From contig OY760505.1 in NCBI GenBank assembly GCA_963663545.1, forward strand, positions 1,952,001-2,016,000: a stretch of DNA of 64,000 bases, in the 5' to 3' direction. Below are positions 39,185-48,857 of the stretch, piece after piece. Numbering within the stretch: position 1 is the first letter of the stretch; each line of letters begins with the position of its first letter. The notes beneath the pieces are model-generated. The model was not told the origin of the DNA. It saw nothing but the letters and a program-made list of their open reading frames with translations, and did not search any database. The stretch comes from Candidatus Delongbacteria bacterium (GTDB lineage: Bacteria; CAIWAD01). The translations under genes and the position numbers were made by a program.

Positions 39185-39595
39185 CTACTCGATATCACAG
39201 TTGGGCATGATAATCTGGGACGAACCCGCTTTCATGGCACCCCAAGTGATATCAGCCGCTCTGGATGTTCCTACAACGAGCCTGTAGCTGTGACCAGGGG
39301 CAACAGTGACATTCTCTGATGTTGAGAAGGTGTACGTGTTCCATGTACTAATTGTCAGTACGGTGTTGTATTGATCGTCTTGCAAGGACACATAGCCATG
39401 GCCATCACCATCGCCAGAGCAGCTGGTCATGTAAACGGTAATTGTACCGGATGTACAGAACTGTCCGATTTCATACCAGTCTGATACTACGTTCTCACCC
39501 CACTCTGCCTCAATGATGCCAGAATTGAAGGTGCACTGAGCCATTGATCCTATGCTAAGGATCAAAACAGCCGCTAACGAAAGAATCGCTTTCAT
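39185..39595 (-). CDS. Small secreted beta-rich protein with 4 Cys, unknown function
   Basis: ATG after AAGGAG; MKAILSLAAVLILSIGSMA signal peptide; visibly lower GC than flanks. Confidence 0.7.
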   Translation of the reverse strand: MKAILSLAAVLILSIGSMAQCTFNSGIIEAEWGENVVSDWYEIGQFCTSGTITVYMTSCSGDGDGHGYVSLQDDQYNTVLTISTWNTYTFSTSENVTVAPGHSYRLVVGTSRAADITWGAMKAGSSQIIMPNCDIE

Positions 39596-39842
39596 GAACT
39601 CTCCTTGGTGCTTGTCTGTTGGCAGGTCTTTGACGCATGTTGCAACTATGCGCAGCCATAGTAGCATACAGACAACGGGCACACAAGGAAAATGTTTTTG
39701 GCGCCTTTGAACGGTGCAAGAGTGTTCCCGAATTGTCGAACGTTGCTTCCTATGGTGTCCGAGACGAGATTGCATCAGTCAGATTTCCCACCTTGGAGCT
39801 GTGTTTGGGCGGTCATGGCCGCATGAGTGTTTGGAGGATTGG

Positions 39843-40874
39843 ATGTTTATCGACCAGGTGCAGATCTTCGTCAGTAGCGGAAAAGGCGGCGACGGCTGCA
39901 TCAGTTTTCACCGCGAGAAATACGTGGCCAAGGGCGGCCCCGATGGCGGCGATGGCGGGCGCGGTGGTGATATCGTGTTTGAAGTTGATCCCGGGCGGTC
40001 GAACTTGCTGGACTTCAAATGGTCGCGCAAGTTCGTGGCGAAAGCGGGGCAGTCGGGCGCAGGGCGTCTGCGCAAAGGTCGACGCGGCACGGATGTGGTG
40101 ATCAAGGTCCCGCCCGGAACGCAGATCAAAGACGCCGAGACCGGCGAGCTTCTGCTGGATATGGTGCAGATCGGGCAACGCGAGGCTCTGCTGCACGGTG
40201 GTCATGGCGGCAAAGGAAATGCCCGCTTCAAATCGCCCACGGTGCAGGCACCACGCACAGCGACTCCCGGCGGGCCTGCGCAGGAGCGAGAACTGCTGCT
40301 GGAGTTGAAGATCCTCGCAGATGTCGGCTTGGTCGGATTCCCCAACGCGGGCAAGTCAACCCTGCTTGCGACGGTATCGGCGGCGCGCCCGAAGGTGGCC
40401 GATTATCCCTTTACCACACTGGTCCCCAACATCGGTATTGTGCCCTACGCTGAGTATCGCAGCTTTGCCATGGCGGACATTCCTGGTTTGATCGAGGGCG
40501 CACACGAAGGCCGTGGACTGGGCCACCAGTTCCTGCGTCATGTGGAGCGCTGCCGCTTGCTGGTATACTTGGTTGACGTCAGCGCGGATGATCCCGTGGA
40601 GCAGCTAGCCACCTTGCGCACCGAGCTGGAGAAGTACTCGCCCGAGTTGGCGCGGCGGCCCTCGATCGTTGTGTTGAGCAAGAGCGATATCACCACGCCC
40701 TCGCGCCGCAAGCTGAAGATGGAGCATGATTTCCTCATTAGTGCTGCAACCCAGCGCGGGATCAAAACGCTGGTGCGCCACATCGGCACCATGATCGAAG
40801 AGATGGAGCGCGAAGAACCGCGCCAGACCTACTTCATTCCGCAGGAAAGCCAGAACGAGGAGGAAGAGGAGTAG
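39843..40874 (+). CDS. obgE: GTPase ObgE/CgtA
   Basis: MFIDQV...GKGGDGCISFHREKYVAKGGPDGGDGG, GFPNAGKST, YPFTTL, DIPGLIEGA. Confidence 0.97.
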   Translation: MFIDQVQIFVSSGKGGDGCISFHREKYVAKGGPDGGDGGRGGDIVFEVDPGRSNLLDFKWSRKFVAKAGQSGAGRLRKGRRGTDVVIKVPPGTQIKDAETGELLLDMVQIGQREALLHGGHGGKGNARFKSPTVQAPRTATPGGPAQERELLLELKILADVGLVGFPNAGKSTLLATVSAARPKVADYPFTTLVPNIGIVPYAEYRSFAMADIPGLIEGAHEGRGLGHQFLRHVERCRLLVYLVDVSADDPVEQLATLRTELEKYSPELARRPSIVVLSKSDITTPSRRKLKMEHDFLISAATQRGIKTLVRHIGTMIEEMEREEPRQTYFIPQESQNEEEEE

Positions 40875-42019
40875 TGCGCGCAGCGTGTTACATCCTGCTA
40901 TTCTTGCTACTGGCGCTACTGCTGAGCTCCTGCTCGCACGATGTGAACACACCGGGGTGGCGGCCCTGGTTTCGCGTGCACGAAGCGGGCAAGGGGCTTG
41001 TCCTGGACAAGATCACCGTACGAGTGAGTGGCGATTGTGCGCCTCTTCCCGGCTCACGCGAGCTAGTGAATCACGAACTGGAACACCTGGTAGGCGAACT
41101 GCTTGTCCGTCGCGGCTTCGAGCGCGATTCCTCGGGAAGCGGCTATCAGGTTGAGCTGGTGTATCACAGTTCGGCGGCAGGTTCCTATACGAGCCTCGAT
41201 GCTGCAGGAAGTCAGTCCGCGCTGCGACTGGTCACGGACGCGGTAAAGGGTGTTGCAGACCTGTACGGCGGCGGCATCCTTACCGCTACAGCCGTGCGCG
41301 CGCTGCAAGTCGTTCCCGGAACCGGCAAGCACTCCAGTGTCCCTGCATCACAGAGCCTGCTGTTTGCGCATGTGGCGACACTTGAGTTTCGTGATACAAC
41401 AGGAGCCCTTGTGTGGCAAGGGTCGTGCAACTGGCTTTCCAGCAGTGCGGAGATCGCCGACTTGCTGCCGCGAAATCTGAAGCTACTGCTCAGCGGTTTG
41501 CCGTGTGATACAAGTCATTACACTCCCGTCCGCCGCGTGCGCGCAGATCGCTTGGCGACGTATTACAACTTGATCTGTGTGGGTCGCGCCTTCTATTGCC
41601 CGGCTCTGCCGCATATCGTGCGTTTTCCGCGCGAATCAGCCTTTGCCAAAGAGGAACTCAAATCACCTGTTGCACTGGAGGCGATCGTTGACTTGCTCGA
41701 ACACGCCGAGTTTGCCATTCCCGCTAACGACGAGGGTTGGGGGCGTCCGCTCACTCCCGAACTGTGGAATGATGTCCGCATGGGCGGTCGCTATCTACTT
41801 GGCAATGAGCGCGTGCTTGTGCTGGTCGATTTGAAGCTGGACAGCAACGGCTACCTTGTAACACGCGGTTTCATTGCCGACAAAGACCAAGCCGCCCGGT
41901 TTGAGGAACGCTTGGCCCGCTGGCAGAACAGCCTCGAGATCTGGTACGACAATTACGAAGATGGATTCGGCGTGAATCAAAAAGGGCCCCTGAGCGGGAC
42001 CCTTGTACCTGTTGGCTGA
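40874..42019 (+). CDS. Hypothetical lipoprotein
   Basis: GTG overlapping the obgE stop; lipobox LSSC. Confidence 0.6.
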   Translation: MRAACYILLFLLLALLLSSCSHDVNTPGWRPWFRVHEAGKGLVLDKITVRVSGDCAPLPGSRELVNHELEHLVGELLVRRGFERDSSGSGYQVELVYHSSAAGSYTSLDAAGSQSALRLVTDAVKGVADLYGGGILTATAVRALQVVPGTGKHSSVPASQSLLFAHVATLEFRDTTGALVWQGSCNWLSSSAEIADLLPRNLKLLLSGLPCDTSHYTPVRRVRADRLATYYNLICVGRAFYCPALPHIVRFPRESAFAKEELKSPVALEAIVDLLEHAEFAIPANDEGWGRPLTPELWNDVRMGGRYLLGNERVLVLVDLKLDSNGYLVTRGFIADKDQAARFEERLARWQNSLEIWYDNYEDGFGVNQKGPLSGTLVPVG

Positions 42020-42029
42020 TGGCGGGAAT

Positions 42030-42482
42030 CTAGAACGGAAGATCGTCGTCGTCCATGCCTCCCATGTCGTCCACGGAAGGGGCGCCACTCGACTGAGGCC
42101 GTTCCTGGCTGCTGCTGCGATCGAAGCTTCGGCCACCGTCTCCACCCTGACCACCGCCACGAGAATCCAGCATGCGGAAATTATCGCAGACGATGTCGGT
42201 GCGATAGACCTTCTGGCCTTCGCGGTTCTCATAGCTGTCGTAGTGGATCTTGCCTTCAACATACACCAGCGAACCCTTGCGCAGGTAGTCGCGGGCAATT
42301 TCAGCTTGACGTCGCCAGACGGTGATCCGGTGCCACTCGGTAATCGTCTGTGTCTCACCGTTTTCGCCGCGACGTCGCTCGTCGGTGGCTACCGAAAAGG
42401 TTGCCAGGGGAATGCCGCTCTGAGTGGTTTTGAACTCCGGATCGCGGCCAAGACGCCCGATGAGCATGACTTTGTTCAACAT
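42030..42482 (-). CDS. ssb: Single-stranded DNA-binding protein
   Basis: LNKVMLIGRLGRDPE, TEWHRI, acidic tail DDDDLPF. Confidence 0.97.
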   Translation of the reverse strand: MLNKVMLIGRLGRDPEFKTTQSGIPLATFSVATDERRRGENGETQTITEWHRITVWRRQAEIARDYLRKGSLVYVEGKIHYDSYENREGQKVYRTDIVCDNFRMLDSRGGGQGGDGGRSFDRSSSQERPQSSGAPSVDDMGGMDDDDLPF

Positions 42483-42544
42483 TTTTCACCTCGCTGATCT
42501 ATCTGTCATTCATTCTTGACAATGCTGCTTGATATGAGTTTGTA

Positions 42545-42961
42545 TCACGAATCTTGTGAGGCGGGAGCGGTGCGTTGGGACTTGCCCGCCAACGCCGCTC
42601 GCTTGCGCCAGGTTCCCCACAGGTGCCAGACGAGCAGGGAAATCAAGAGGCCGATCGTGTCTGCAATGCCATCCATCAGGCTGCAGCAGCGGCCCGAAAA
42701 GATTTGATGTACTTCATCGCTTGTCGCCCATATCACTCCCAAGATAAGGACAAGCGAATACAACCTTAGCGGAGTGTGTATCACGTGCCGCAAAGCCCTG
42801 ATCAGGGCGAGTCCAACCACAAGGTATTCGCCCGTGTGCAGCAGCTTGTCTTTGCTGAAAAGCGCAAGGTTGGGTAACCGTGATGGCGGCAGACTGGAGC
42901 CGTACCAGATCAGACAGAAGACAAAGAGCAGCGCGAGCAGATCCAAGCGTTTTCTATTCAT
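42545..42961 (-). CDS. VanZ-family membrane protein
   Basis: DKLLHTGEY, DEVHQIF..GR; start overlaps the nnr stop. Confidence 0.85.
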   Translation of the reverse strand: MNRKRLDLLALLFVFCLIWYGSSLPPSRLPNLALFSKDKLLHTGEYLVVGLALIRALRHVIHTPLRLYSLVLILGVIWATSDEVHQIFSGRCCSLMDGIADTIGLLISLLVWHLWGTWRKRAALAGKSQRTAPASQDS

Positions 42962-44528
42962 GATCGTGGTCATGATCCTCGTGCTGATGTTCTCCTTCCA
43001 GATACTTGAACGCTGCTGGCAGGTGATCACGGATGTCTCCGGCGGTCATGCCGCGGGGTCCAAGCCGAACGGATGCCAGGTCGCCAGCCAAGCCATGCAA
43101 CCAGGCTGCACAGGCTGTGGCAATATCCATGTCCATGCCCTGCGCGCTCAAGCCAGCCAGCAGCCCCGTAAGCACATCGCCACTTCCTGCTGTGGACATG
43201 CCATGGTTGCCGGTCGTGTTCACGAGCACTTCACCCGATGTTGCAGCCGTAATGCTGGGCGCGCCCTTCAACAGCACGGTAACGCCCGTGTCGGCTGCGA
43301 AAGAGGCCGCAATTTCGACCATGGAAACCAGTTTGTCGTCGCCACGCGCGAAGAGGCGCTGAAACTCGCCGTGGTGCGGGGTGATAACCACCGGCGAATG
43401 CCCCTTGGCCAGGTGTTCAGGCTTGCCATTGAAGGCAAACAGGCCGTCGGCGTCCAGTACCACGGGCAAAGGGCTTTCCAGAACCAGCTCGCGCACAAGC
43501 TGCTGAGTTTCGGGATGGCGCCCCAAGCCGGGGCCGATGGCCAGAATATCTGCCCACTCAATCGCCTGGCTAAGGGTCTCCATGTTGGCGTAGGCAAGGC
43601 TCCCTTCCGGTGTGCTTGCCAGACCGGGCAGTGTCATCGCCTCTGGCACCATGCTGGATAGCAGATGGCACAAACTAGCTGGCGTGGCAACGCGAACCAT
43701 GCCCGCCCCTGAGCGCAGAACCGAGGCCGCTGACAGCGCTGCCGCTCCCAGCATTCCCTCGGCACCCGCCAGAAGCAGCACTTTGCCGTAGTCGCCTTTG
43801 TGTGAGGCCTGCCGGCGGGTCGGCAGCATACGCCGTACTTCGCCTTCCGTGATACTCAGCCACTCTTCGCCCGTGGTCATTGCTTCAGGATCATAGCCCA
43901 GGTCGAGAACCTGCACTTCGCCGGTGTAGTCAACACCCGGCGGCAGCAGCAGGCCGCGCTTGACCGCACCCATGGTCAGCGTGCTCTCCGCCATGATGGC
44001 CGGACCCTCCACGGCCCCCGTGTCACCCTGTACACCGGATGGGATGTCAATGGCAATAACCGGCGTCAGGCTGTCTGTAACCGCGCCGATGATACGGGCG
44101 TAGACACCCTGCGGCGAGCCCTTGACGCCTGTGCCCAGCATGGCGTCGATGACCAGGTCGAACTCGCGGAAGTCGGGCAGGTCGCCGTCGTCGGTCAGAT
44201 CCTGTACCTGCACGCCCATATTCTCGACAACCTTGCGATTGGTGGCTGCGTCTCCTTTCAGCTTGGAGGCTGGGGCGAGGGCGAACACCTGCGGGTCCAG
44301 ACCCTGGTTTACCAAGTGACGGGCAATCACGTACCCATCACCGCCGTTGTTGCCGCCGCCGCAAAGGATGGCAATGCTGTCGGCGTCGCGCTTTTCAACC
44401 TCGTCCAGAATTGCTTCAGCGGCACCGCGACCAGCGTTCTCCATCAAGCAGATACCGGGAAGACCCAGTTCCTTTATGGCGTGCTGGTCCATGGCAGACA
44501 TTTGTGATACAGACAGAATCAGATCCAT
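42954..44528 (-). CDS. nnr: Bifunctional NAD(P)HX epimerase/dehydratase
   Basis: LMENAG, GGGNNGGDG, DAMLGTG, DIPSG; HKGDYG, GPGLG, LDADGL, TPHHGEF, GSGDVL. Confidence 0.95.
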   Translation of the reverse strand: MDLILSVSQMSAMDQHAIKELGLPGICLMENAGRGAAEAILDEVEKRDADSIAILCGGGNNGGDGYVIARHLVNQGLDPQVFALAPASKLKGDAATNRKVVENMGVQVQDLTDDGDLPDFREFDLVIDAMLGTGVKGSPQGVYARIIGAVTDSLTPVIAIDIPSGVQGDTGAVEGPAIMAESTLTMGAVKRGLLLPPGVDYTGEVQVLDLGYDPEAMTTGEEWLSITEGEVRRMLPTRRQASHKGDYGKVLLLAGAEGMLGAAALSAASVLRSGAGMVRVATPASLCHLLSSMVPEAMTLPGLASTPEGSLAYANMETLSQAIEWADILAIGPGLGRHPETQQLVRELVLESPLPVVLDADGLFAFNGKPEHLAKGHSPVVITPHHGEFQRLFARGDDKLVSMVEIAASFAADTGVTVLLKGAPSITAATSGEVLVNTTGNHGMSTAGSGDVLTGLLAGLSAQGMDMDIATACAAWLHGLAGDLASVRLGPRGMTAGDIRDHLPAAFKYLEGEHQHEDHDHDHE

Positions 44529-44540
44529 GATGACTCCAGG

Positions 44541-44876
44541 TCAAAGTTGTGACACAAGCAGAATGGCGGCTCGCCAGTTCCGACTGTGACTCAGTGATAC
44601 ATCCATTCGCAGGCCGGGAACTACCTGCCGTAATACAACACGGGGTGGACCGTTACCCTCCACTGCGGGCAAGAGGGCAATTTCAATGTCACTCGTGCTG
44701 AAGCCTTGCCTGTGTAGGAAATCGCGCATCAGTAAGCGCGCCAGCTCTCTGGCCTCCAGCGATGCTTGGGCATCCGCTTTTGATACGATCCAGTCACGCT
44801 CATCGGGGTGCAGGCTTTCAAGCGAAGGCGCAAGGGCACCGGCGGCGCAGTGAGACGTGGCAGCATAGACGATCAC
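44541..44876 (-). CDS. AcpS-like phosphopantetheinyl transferase fold, catalytic residues not conserved
   Basis: Length 111 aa, DIEI...G.P, VSLSH..AA pattern, position just upstream of nnr; GxD and KEA motifs absent. Confidence 0.55.
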   Translation of the reverse strand: MIVYAATSHCAAGALAPSLESLHPDERDWIVSKADAQASLEARELARLLMRDFLHRQGFSTSDIEIALLPAVEGNGPPRVVLRQVVPGLRMDVSLSHSRNWRAAILLVSQL

Positions 44877-45565
44877 CCTGCATCGTGACCCATTTTGTCC
44901 AGCACCAGTAGCAGGTCGGCAATGTCATGCAGGACATAGTCGGCGTTGTGCTCACCCGTGTCGAATTCGCAGCCATAAACGGCCAGTGCAGAGCGCATGC
45001 CCAGCGCTGCGGCACCAGCAATATCGCGTGCGGGCCAGTCGCCGACCATCAACACCTCGGCAGGTCCAAGCTCTAGCTTGTCCAGCGCGTGCTGAAAAGG
45101 CTCCGGTGCGGGTTTGTACTTGCCCGTGTCCTCGTGCGTGATCACCTGATCGAAGAAATGCAGCAGGTCCAGGTTGGCCAAGCGCAGCCAGGCCTGCCGC
45201 GCGGGCGCATCGGAAAGCACCGCCAGTCGATAGCCGCGTCTCAGCAGAGCCGTCAAGGTGCTTTTGACATGCGGATAGAGAACCAGGCTGGCCTCACGCG
45301 CGCGACGGTAGGCGACGATGCCCGCCGCCAGCAAGCGGTGATCCACGGCGCCCAACTCTTCCTCGAGGAAAAGGTCCAGCACCTCCTGATACTCGATGCC
45401 GCGCCGCTCATAGACGCTGTAGAGGCGCTCCTCGACGCGCTCCACTGGACCGGGAAGTCCGTGATCCACCATGGCCCGTGCCGCAGCACGCACCGCCTGG
45501 TGCTTCATATCCATGAAGTCGACGAGGGTGTTGTCCAGATCGAAGATGATGGCCTTGATTGGCAT
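44873..45565 (-). CDS. HAD-superfamily hydrolase
   Basis: IIFDLDNTL, KP, MVGDWPARDIAGA. Confidence 0.9.
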   Translation of the reverse strand: MPIKAIIFDLDNTLVDFMDMKHQAVRAAARAMVDHGLPGPVERVEERLYSVYERRGIEYQEVLDLFLEEELGAVDHRLLAAGIVAYRRAREASLVLYPHVKSTLTALLRRGYRLAVLSDAPARQAWLRLANLDLLHFFDQVITHEDTGKYKPAPEPFQHALDKLELGPAEVLMVGDWPARDIAGAAALGMRSALAVYGCEFDTGEHNADYVLHDIADLLLVLDKMGHDAG

Positions 45566-45768
45566 GGCGCCCTTCCTTTCCATGTGAAAGTACCGAATTC
45601 GTCGGGCTCACGCAGGAGCGTTGTGTGCCTGGTGAGAAGCCGTTGAGCGGACGGCACCGACAGAGTACGACCCTAAGCGGACAAGTGTTTCCGTTTCATC
45701 CGAAAAGCTGTCCATTCGAACGCGAAAGCCTATCTTGGATGAATTCAAAGCAGGAACCGACGGGAGCC

Positions 45769-46947
45769 ATGGGCACGAATCCTCACAAGAACAGCTTGCA
45801 ACACTTGATCAGCCGTGGAGCCGTGCGCTTTCTGGCGATCTTCCTGTTGTTCTTTTGTGTCACGGCGGGTTTGTTCTGGGTGTTTGAACACGCGCATCCG
45901 GGCCACAGCTCAGAACTGGATAATCCGATCAACCTGCTCTACTGGTGGGTGGTGACGTGCACTACCGTTGGCTATGGTGACATTGCGCCGCTGACGTCGG
46001 CCGGAAAGATCCTCGTTGTCTGCATGATTTTCATGGGCATGACGCTGGTGACTTTCGGTCTGACACGCCTGGGCGGCATCTTCGAATACCGACTTCAATT
46101 GATGAGAGGACTCGGACGCATGGACAACCTCTCGGGGCATGTGGTCGTGTGTGGTTGGCACGACGACCTGGCCGGCATCCTGAAGAGCCTGCTGGATTAC
46201 GGCAGCGAGATCGACGATTCGAAAATTGTGCTGGTCAACAACGAGAATCCCGACCGAATCAACGCGCTGCGCGGACGTCGGGAGTTTTCCAACCTCAAGT
46301 TGATCTCTGGCGATTTTACCGATCAGGCCGACCTTGAGCGTGCCGGCGTATCACGCAGCCGTACGGTTCTGGTACTGGCCAACAACGCCGACGAGCAGCC
46401 GGACTCGCGCACCTTGCTGGCTGTAATGGCGGTCCGGCAGCTTTCGCGTACTACACACATCTGCGCAGAGGTGTACGAAGAGCGCTTTGTGCCCTACATC
46501 GTTGAAGCCGGTTGCAACGAGGTGATACATCCTGCAGCGTTTCGGCGTGCACTTGCGACACAGATTCTTGCTGCACCGGGAATGGGTAATGTGTTCTACG
46601 ATCTGCTGAGTTTTGAGCAGGGCGCCGCTTTTGCCTTTGAGCCTGTGCCGCTGGAGTTTGTCGGCCGCACCTTTGCCGAATTGCAGGAGCACTACAGCCG
46701 CCGGGAGCGCACGATTCTGGTGGGATTGCTGGAGAACGTCGGTAACCCTTTTTCCATGAAGCGTGCAGCACTGCGTGATGCACAAAAGGCGCCCGACATC
46801 AGCCAGCTTGTGACACAATTGCGGGAAGTGAAACAGATTACGCCCAATCGTCCTGTGCTTTGCCCACCGGCGCATCACGTGATTAAACATCGAACGAACG
46901 CGGTAGTGTTACGCAAGCCCCACAAGGAGAGGCACAATGAAGGCTGA
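45769..46947 (+). CDS. Two-TM potassium channel with RCK (TrkA-N) domain
   Basis: Selectivity filter TTVGYGD between two TM helices; HVVVCGW, GDFTD..L.RAG. Confidence 0.9.
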   Translation: MGTNPHKNSLQHLISRGAVRFLAIFLLFFCVTAGLFWVFEHAHPGHSSELDNPINLLYWWVVTCTTVGYGDIAPLTSAGKILVVCMIFMGMTLVTFGLTRLGGIFEYRLQLMRGLGRMDNLSGHVVVCGWHDDLAGILKSLLDYGSEIDDSKIVLVNNENPDRINALRGRREFSNLKLISGDFTDQADLERAGVSRSRTVLVLANNADEQPDSRTLLAVMAVRQLSRTTHICAEVYEERFVPYIVEAGCNEVIHPAAFRRALATQILAAPGMGNVFYDLLSFEQGAAFAFEPVPLEFVGRTFAELQEHYSRRERTILVGLLENVGNPFSMKRAALRDAQKAPDISQLVTQLREVKQITPNRPVLCPPAHHVIKHRTNAVVLRKPHKERHNEG

Positions 46948-47446
46948 TCCTTCCATTCGCCAGCGCCTGCACGTATTTCCACTGCTGCGCGTGCTGAATG
47001 ATGAGATGCTCGACCGCTTTATCGCGCGGCTTGATGCGGAGCGCTTCAGTGCGGGAGCGCACATCATCCAAAAGGGTGAAGCCGGCGATCGCATGTTTCT
47101 GCTGGCGCGCGGCAGTGTCGAGATCGTGGATTACACCGTTGACCGCGAGGCGTACACCAAGGCTATTCTCGATGAATCCAGCGCGGTGATCTTTGGTGAG
47201 CAGGCGCTGATCTCCGGCGTCCCGCGAACCGCGACAGTGCTTGCCCGAAGTGATTGCGAATGCTGGAGCATCAGCCGCGATGTCTTTCACGAAATGGGCG
47301 AAGAGGATCCGCGTCTGGGCTGGCTTGTGTTACGTGAGATTGCGTCACTGCTTAGTCAGCGGCTGGTGAAGACCAACGAAGACGTGATGCGTCTGTTTGA
47401 AGCTCTGGTAATCGAGGTCGAAAGTGAAGCTGTGGGGCGTCGCTGA
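46937..47446 (+). CDS. Stand-alone cyclic-nucleotide-binding domain protein
   Basis: IIQKGEAGDRMF, FGEQALISGVPRTATV phosphate-binding cassette; no HTH. Confidence 0.9.
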   Translation: MKADPSIRQRLHVFPLLRVLNDEMLDRFIARLDAERFSAGAHIIQKGEAGDRMFLLARGSVEIVDYTVDREAYTKAILDESSAVIFGEQALISGVPRTATVLARSDCECWSISRDVFHEMGEEDPRLGWLVLREIASLLSQRLVKTNEDVMRLFEALVIEVESEAVGRR

Positions 47447-47530
47447 TCGGAAATGATCCTTTGTTCTGGCAGCTCAGGAGACGGTGATACAAGCGCATCA
47501 TGTGTCACCGTGATACGCATAGTATTTGCA

Positions 47531-48121
47531 TTACACTGGAATTGGAAGTGGTTTGGCCAGCCATTCCTCTCGCAGAATGCCATAGAAGACGAGATCGACC
47601 CATTCCTTGTTCTTGCGTGCGTGATGGCGTAACACGCCCTCTTGGGTCATACCCAACTTCTGCATCACACGACCCGAGGCGGGATTGTTTACGAAGTGCG
47701 TAGCGTGAATTCGGTTGAGGTTGATGTTGCGAAAGAAGAAGTCCATCAGTAGCGCTGCGGCTTCAGTGCAGTAGCCCCTGCCCCAGAATTCATGGCCGAT
47801 CCAATAGCCCATTTCGCCACGGCTATCCTGGGCGCGTAGAATGATACCGATGGCGCCGATGAGCAGGCCGCTTTCGCGCAGACACACGGCCCAGGTAACC
47901 GAGTCACCCATGAGATACGACATCGGCTGATTGCCGATCCAGGCCTCGGCCATACCGTCCAGATAGGGATGCGGGATGTTCAGCGTGGTCTCTGCAATGG
48001 CTTCAGCACCAGCAAGAAGTTGTACGCGGGGTGCATCACTGAGAGAAAAGGGGCGGAGTGTTAGCTGCTTGCCATGCAGGAGTGGCTGTGCTTCTGGCAG
48101 TTTGGTTTTTTCATCTCTCAT
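47531..48121 (-). CDS. GNAT acetyltransferase, RimJ/RimL family
   Basis: LTLRPF, EMGYWIG.EFWGRGYCTEA, NPASGRVMQKLG. Confidence 0.9.
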   Translation of the reverse strand: MRDEKTKLPEAQPLLHGKQLTLRPFSLSDAPRVQLLAGAEAIAETTLNIPHPYLDGMAEAWIGNQPMSYLMGDSVTWAVCLRESGLLIGAIGIILRAQDSRGEMGYWIGHEFWGRGYCTEAAALLMDFFFRNINLNRIHATHFVNNPASGRVMQKLGMTQEGVLRHHARKNKEWVDLVFYGILREEWLAKPLPIPV

Positions 48122-48530
48122 GCTGAACGATCCTTGCAAGAAGGTCTTCCTCTTTGATGTCCAATTGAAGCCATCGCGCGGCCTCGGCAAAGTCCTGAAA
48201 GGCTTTGAAATCGATTACCGTGTCGAGGCGCATTTGAAAAGTGTCAACGGCTTCCGTGCTTTTGCCGCTATTCAGAATCAGAGCACACTGCTCGTGTCGG
48301 AAGAAATCGGCTACAACATTCGCAAAAAAGACGAAATCCAAGTTCGCACACGGGGTGATCTTGACACCTTCTGCAGCTCGTAAATCCACGAGCTTCCGCA
48401 TTGGAGGGATATACTCTTGGTCCTTCGCCAGCGCGCAAAGGTTGTGCTTGAAATCTTCCGCTGTTACAATCGCATTGCTGTGTACGTACACTAAACGGTG
48501 TTCAGGTACAATGAAATACTCAAGTGGCAT
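48111..48530 (-). CDS. Hypothetical protein (possibly SpoIIAA/STAS-like alpha/beta)
   Basis: GGAG RBS; LVDLR and F.D.AEAARWL patterns. Confidence 0.55.
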   Translation of the reverse strand: MPLEYFIVPEHRLVYVHSNAIVTAEDFKHNLCALAKDQEYIPPMRKLVDLRAAEGVKITPCANLDFVFFANVVADFFRHEQCALILNSGKSTEAVDTFQMRLDTVIDFKAFQDFAEAARWLQLDIKEEDLLARIVQHER

Positions 48531-48857
48531 AAGAAACTCCAGGTTGATGGTGAAACAAGTCTATTTATGGCATTTGTAGCAAGAGAAACGGATGCAATGA
48601 TGTCCTGAACTGGAAGGACTTGATTTGGCCCTTGCTATGACCGTAATCTGTATGAGGGGCGCGGACGCAATCGGGTGCGAAATCAATTCCGAGGCTGAAT
48701 TTGCTGCGCTAAACTGTCGATGTTCGGTAAATAGCGGCGCTATTTCTTATGGTGTTGCTACTATGAAATATTGCCAACAACAAAAGCCTTGACTCCGCTG
48801 TATGCATGCTATATGTTGGCAACTGTTAATGATGTTAAGAGATCAACAGGGTCTGCC

